In this document: positions 60,222 to 64,000 of the stretch, in pieces
Layout: each line of letters starts with the position of its first letter
Numbering within the stretch: the first letter of the stretch is position 1
Source: Ostrea edulis
Taxonomy: Eukaryota
Direction: 5' to 3'
Assembly (NCBI RefSeq): GCF_947568905.1
Contig: NC_079172.1
Location: forward strand, 29,388,001-29,452,000
DNA: 64,000 nt
Position numbers and translations under genes: made by a program
The notes under the pieces: model-generated
Database searches by the model: none
Seen by the model: only the letters and a program-made list of their open reading frames with translations
Told to the model about the DNA's origin: nothing

Positions 60222-60886
60222 GTAAGATATACAGCTGCTACGCTGACATCCCTGGAAATCCAATCTGTGTTAACTTCAGAACACTATTTGCACATATGCT
60301 GAAATATTTACAATGCCAATGTTTTTGTCTTTGATGTCTTTACAAATTGTAATGATAACCATTTCCTCATGAATGTGACGCATTTGTGAACAGCGCGTAT
60401 GAATCTTAGTACGTATCTATTTTTAATGACTTAGAATTTGACAAAAATGGAAGTAGAATGGAAATATAAAAAAACAAATTTCATATTGAAAAATATGTTA
60501 AATATATGAATTGCGATGCTTCAAGTCATAGCACTTCAGAAAATGCTATACACAAGTTTATGGGCAAGTTAAATGATGCTGCAAAATAATATATATTGTA
60601 GGATTGTAATTTTCTTTTGTGTTTGGGGTTGTAAATTTTACGAAGAATTCATATTTCCAAAGAATAATGAATCACAATATAAAGATTGAATAAACATCTC
60701 TCAATGAATCAGGCAGTATTATTTCCAGAAGCACAGGGCATATATTGTTTTCACAAACCACAAAAATCTTGTCTTTAAAAATTAACGATTCTGTGGTAAA
60801 GGAGTTGGTACTTGGTGATTCTTGATTTCATGACAGTTCTTTTTAGCATATGAAAGGAAGTTGAAACAGTTGTGTACATATATTTA

Positions 60887-60918
60887 TTTTTATGCCCCTG
60901 AGATCGAAGATCGGGGGT

Positions 60919-60949
<31 letters not shown>

Positions 60950-60964
60950 AATTCTGTCATTCTG

Positions 60965-61001
<37 letters not shown>

Positions 61002-61007
61002 AAGTGA

Positions 61008-61043
<36 letters not shown>

Positions 61044-61101
61044 CAAGACCTTTCCGGGGGTACCAACATTTTTGACCCCTTGACCTTGGAGTTTGACCTA
61101 C

Positions 61102-61139
<38 letters not shown>

Positions 61140-61247
61140 ATAAGTGATAGAGCTTTGATATTTCACATGAGTATTCCATGTGACAAGACCTTTCCGTGGG
61201 TACCAATATTTTTTACCATGTGAACTTGACCTTGGAGTTTGACCTAC

Positions 61248-61287
<40 letters not shown>

Positions 61288-61365
61288 AAATGATAGAGCT
61301 TTGATATTTCACATGAGCATTCCTTGTGACAAGACCTTTCAGTGGGTACCAACATTTTTGACCCC

Positions 61366-61431
<66 letters not shown>

Positions 61432-61439
61432 ATAAGTGA

Positions 61440-61474
<35 letters not shown>

Positions 61475-61687
61475 GCAAGACCTTTCCGTTGGTATTAAAC
61501 CTTTTGACCTTGACATTTAACTTTTAATTATTTTTTTTACATTGGTCATAACTTCTAAATGGTAAATATTAGAGCTTTCATATTATACATGAGCATTTCT
61601 TTTGACAAGATCTTTCTACTGGTACCAAGATATTTGCCCTTGTGACCTTGGCCATCTTTGGAATTGTTTCACAAACACATCTTGTTT
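60887..61687 (-). mobile_element. Helentron-type non-autonomous element (HINE) with ~140-146 bp satellite-like array
   Basis: TTTTTATGCCCC...GGGGTCATA hairpin at the left end, units at 60969, 61109, 61255 and 61401, and right end CACATCTTGTT (reverse complement of the AACAAG head seen at 44456). Confidence 0.85.
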
Positions 61688-61691
61688 TTAG

Positions 61692-61780
61692 AATTGACTA
61701 AAAAAGTGACAGTGCTGGAATCCCAGGCACAGCCAGGAGAAGGCAGGGGTAGTGGAGCTGGGACCAATGAGAATACTAAG
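61692..61780 (+). CDS. GCC2: GCC2-like golgin exon (ELTKKVTVLESQAQPGEGRGSGAGTNENTK)
   Basis: Phase 1 in, phase 0 out, open frame, GTAAG donor. Confidence 0.75.
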
Positions 61781-61943
61781 GTAAGACCCTGATGCTTTGT
61801 CATAACAAATGGCACACTGGTGGCTCTATATGATATGATTTGGAATGTTAAATCAGCACTCTCAGATGGAATCTTTATATAACATGATTTTTAAATTAGC
61901 ACCTTTTAGAAGGTAACCACTTATTTTATTATTATCAAATTAG

Positions 61944-62048
61944 GACTTAAGGGCAAAAATTGAAGAACTAGAAAGTGAGAAGAAGGAAATGTTGACTGCT
62001 TACAATGCTGTGCAGTCCTCGCAGGAATTGGCCGCCAACAAGTTACAG
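61944..62048 (+). CDS. GCC2: GCC2-like golgin coiled-coil exon (DLRAKIEELESEKKEM...NKLQ)
   Basis: 105 nt, AG/GT boundaries, heptad-like composition. Confidence 0.78.
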
Positions 62049-62547
62049 GTATGCAGAGCAATAGAACAGGTAGTCAATAAAACTAAAACTTCTCCAAAAC
62101 TAATGGGACAATTTCATCCAAACTTGGCACAAAGTATTGCCAGGTCAAAGGATTCTTGAGTGCTCAAATGAGGAGCCTTGCTCCCTTCCAAGGGGAGATA
62201 ATTAGGCATGGTGCAAATATAGTGGTGTGTTTAAAAATCTTAAAAGACATGCTCAACCAGAAAAGCAGAATTTTAAAGATTATCTACCTTACACCACAAC
62301 ATGGACAGGAGTCAGGACAGGACCACAGAAAGGTTTTAAAGTTTTAGACAAAAACATACAGGAAAAATTCTACGTGTTCCTAAGATTTTTTTTTTTTGTG
62401 ACTGAGTGAGCAAGATGTTGTAGAGTAAATGATTATGTAAAATAAAGGACTTCAATTATATGACTTTAAAAAAATTATACTGTTGTATGCTTAGAATCGA
62501 CATTTACCTGTAAATATATTTTAAGTGTTATTTTGTATTTCATTCAG

Positions 62548-62631
62548 GAAATGGAAAGTCAGCTAAATGAGGCCAACAAAAATCAGGAAGAAGTCATGAA
62601 ACAGCTGTCTATTAGTAAACGGGAAAAGAAG
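62548..62631 (+). CDS. GCC2: GCC2-like golgin coiled-coil exon (EMESQLNEANKNQEEVMKQLSISKREKK)
   Basis: 84 nt, TTCAG acceptor, GTGAG donor. Confidence 0.8.
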
Positions 62632-63137
62632 GTGAGGGAGTTACTTCTCAACAGCTGTCTGTTAGTCAAAGAGAATATAACTCTTAGTGCATCGGGGGGG
62701 GGGGGGGGAAATTAATTATATTTATGCATTTCTTTGTTTTTGATAATTGCCTCGTGGATAAAGTTTAAATTAAGTTTAGAAAACTTATTGATGGAGACCG
62801 GGTTTTAATGATATCATTAACATTCCATTCGTTATAACAAAGTAACATTTATCACATTTTATTCTTGAGAACATTATTTACACATAATTTTGTAAGACTA
62901 GCCATCACAAAAATTTAGTTCTTGTAAATAAGCTCTTACACGTATATAAGACTTGAGCAATGAAAAATGATTTGCAAAAGTTATAAAGGCTCTTGAATAC
63001 ACACATCATTGTATCCAGGTGAAAATTAGGTTTCACGAAATAAAAGTGATCTACAGCAGTGAGACTGCCAGTGATGGACTCCTTTATCTGTATTATAGGA
63101 TATTGACACTTTGTTCATTGTGATATTTCTTGTTCAG

Positions 63138-63242
63138 GAACTTGAAGATCAAATTGAATGTATGAAAATGAAGGATGAGACTCTGAATTCCTCTGTACAC
63201 TTCATGGAGCAGGAACAGACCCAGCTTCAGGAGGAAATCAAG
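63138..63242 (+). CDS. GCC2: GCC2-like golgin coiled-coil exon (ELEDQIECMK...TQLQEEIK); gene continues beyond the window
   Basis: 105 nt, TTCAG acceptor, GTAAAC donor. Confidence 0.8.
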
Positions 63243-63725
63243 GTAAACAAACTCAACTACAGGCGGAGGTCAAGGTAAGCAAACCCAGCTACAGGAGGTC
63301 AAGGTAAACAAACCCAGCTTCAGGAGGAGGTCAAGGTAAACAAACCCAGCTTCAGGAGGAGGTCAAGGTAAAAATCCCAATTGGGGGCCTCTGTGGCCGA
63401 GTGATTAGAGCATTGCGCTTAAAATCAAATGGCTTCTCACCTCTGTCAGCGCGGGTTCAAATCCTGCTCGTGCCGGTAAGTGAGAAAGTTTCCCAGTTTA
63501 CTTTCGGAAAGTCGGTGGTCTCTTCCCAGGTACATTGTAACTGGGTTCTCTCTTCCACCAATAAAAACTGGGCGCCACCAGATAACTGAAAAATTATTGA
63601 GTGTGGCGGAAAACATCAATCAATCAATCAATCCCAACTACAGGAGAAGGTCATAGTAAACAATCTCAGCTATAAGAGATCAAGGTAAACAAACCCAGCT
63701 TCTGGAGGAAATCAAGGTAAACAAA
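63210..63725 (+). repeat. 29-32 bp minisatellite made of the exon end plus splice donor (CCCAGCTTCAGGAGGA(G/A)(G/A)TCAAG|GTAAAC)
   Basis: About 8 copies starting inside exon 63138-63242, split by a SINE. Confidence 0.85.
63383..63633 (+). mobile_element. tRNA-derived SINE, family A copy 3
   Basis: Same family as the 38312 and 43217 copies, (CAAT)n tail, TSD AATCCCAA (63373-80, 63630-37). Confidence 0.9.
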
Positions 63726-63858
63726 ACAATTCAGATGCAAACAAAACAATTCAGATGTAAACAAAACAATTCAGATATAAACAAAACATTGCAGATGTAA
63801 ACAAAGCAATTCAGTTGTAAACTAAACAATGCAGATGTAAACAAAACAATTCAGATGT
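63718..63858. repeat. 20-bp minisatellite (AACAAAACAATTCAGATGTA)
   Basis: About 7 tandem copies. Confidence 0.9.
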
Positions 63859-64000
63859 AAACAAAACAATTCAGATTCTGAATTGTTTGTTTGTAATACT
63901 CCGTGTAATCGGAACAAACCCAGCTACAGGAGGCCAAGAAAAACAAAACAGTATCCTGTGAAATTTTCTGCTGCAAGATCAAGATTAACTGTGGGAAGAA

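Noticed and set aside
25890-62710. Long poly-G/poly-C runs as a special signal
   Set aside because: They are scattered throughout the window, including inside TEs and introns. Only the G-runs at fixed distance from TTTCAG in the 30-35 kb array were retained.
38312-63633. tRNA genes (tRNA-like heads at 38312-38550, 43217-43440, 53835, 55053, 63383)
   Set aside because: They have long non-tRNA bodies, tails and TSDs, and no intact cloverleaf, so they are SINEs.

Overview
AT-rich eukaryotic genomic DNA, almost certainly a bivalve mollusc (oyster-like; inferred from its repeat families). Bases 1-24 kb are a dense graveyard of nested mobile elements. These include a Tc1 transposon with perfect TIRs, several non-LTR retrotransposon 3' ends, MITEs, Helentron-type satellite carriers and an L1/Tx1-type RT. 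There is also a gag-like ORF1 whose CCHC knuckles are fused to a NADAR (YbiA-like) domain. A tandem dimer of a 351-bp unit, each copy carrying a minimal type I hammerhead ribozyme, sits inside the RT gene. Bases ~24-37 kb are a ~13 kb non-coding block with no recognisable transposons. It holds a promoter-like start, a 1.55 kb tandem duplication and an array of about 14-16 diverged ~200-320 bp units. These units keep the same ordered motifs (G-run, branch-point-like site, AAGTTTCAG, ATCC, TAGGATT, GCAAGT), which suggests a multi-exon structured lncRNA. Bases 41.9-64 kb hold two head-to-head host genes: a 3-coding-exon C2H2 zinc-finger gene (- strand, 541 aa) and the 5' part of a GCC2/GCC185-like golgin (+ strand). 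Their introns are filled with minisatellites, SINEs, a Penelope-like fragment and Helentron-type elements. All coordinates were read by eye; no database search or folding program was run.
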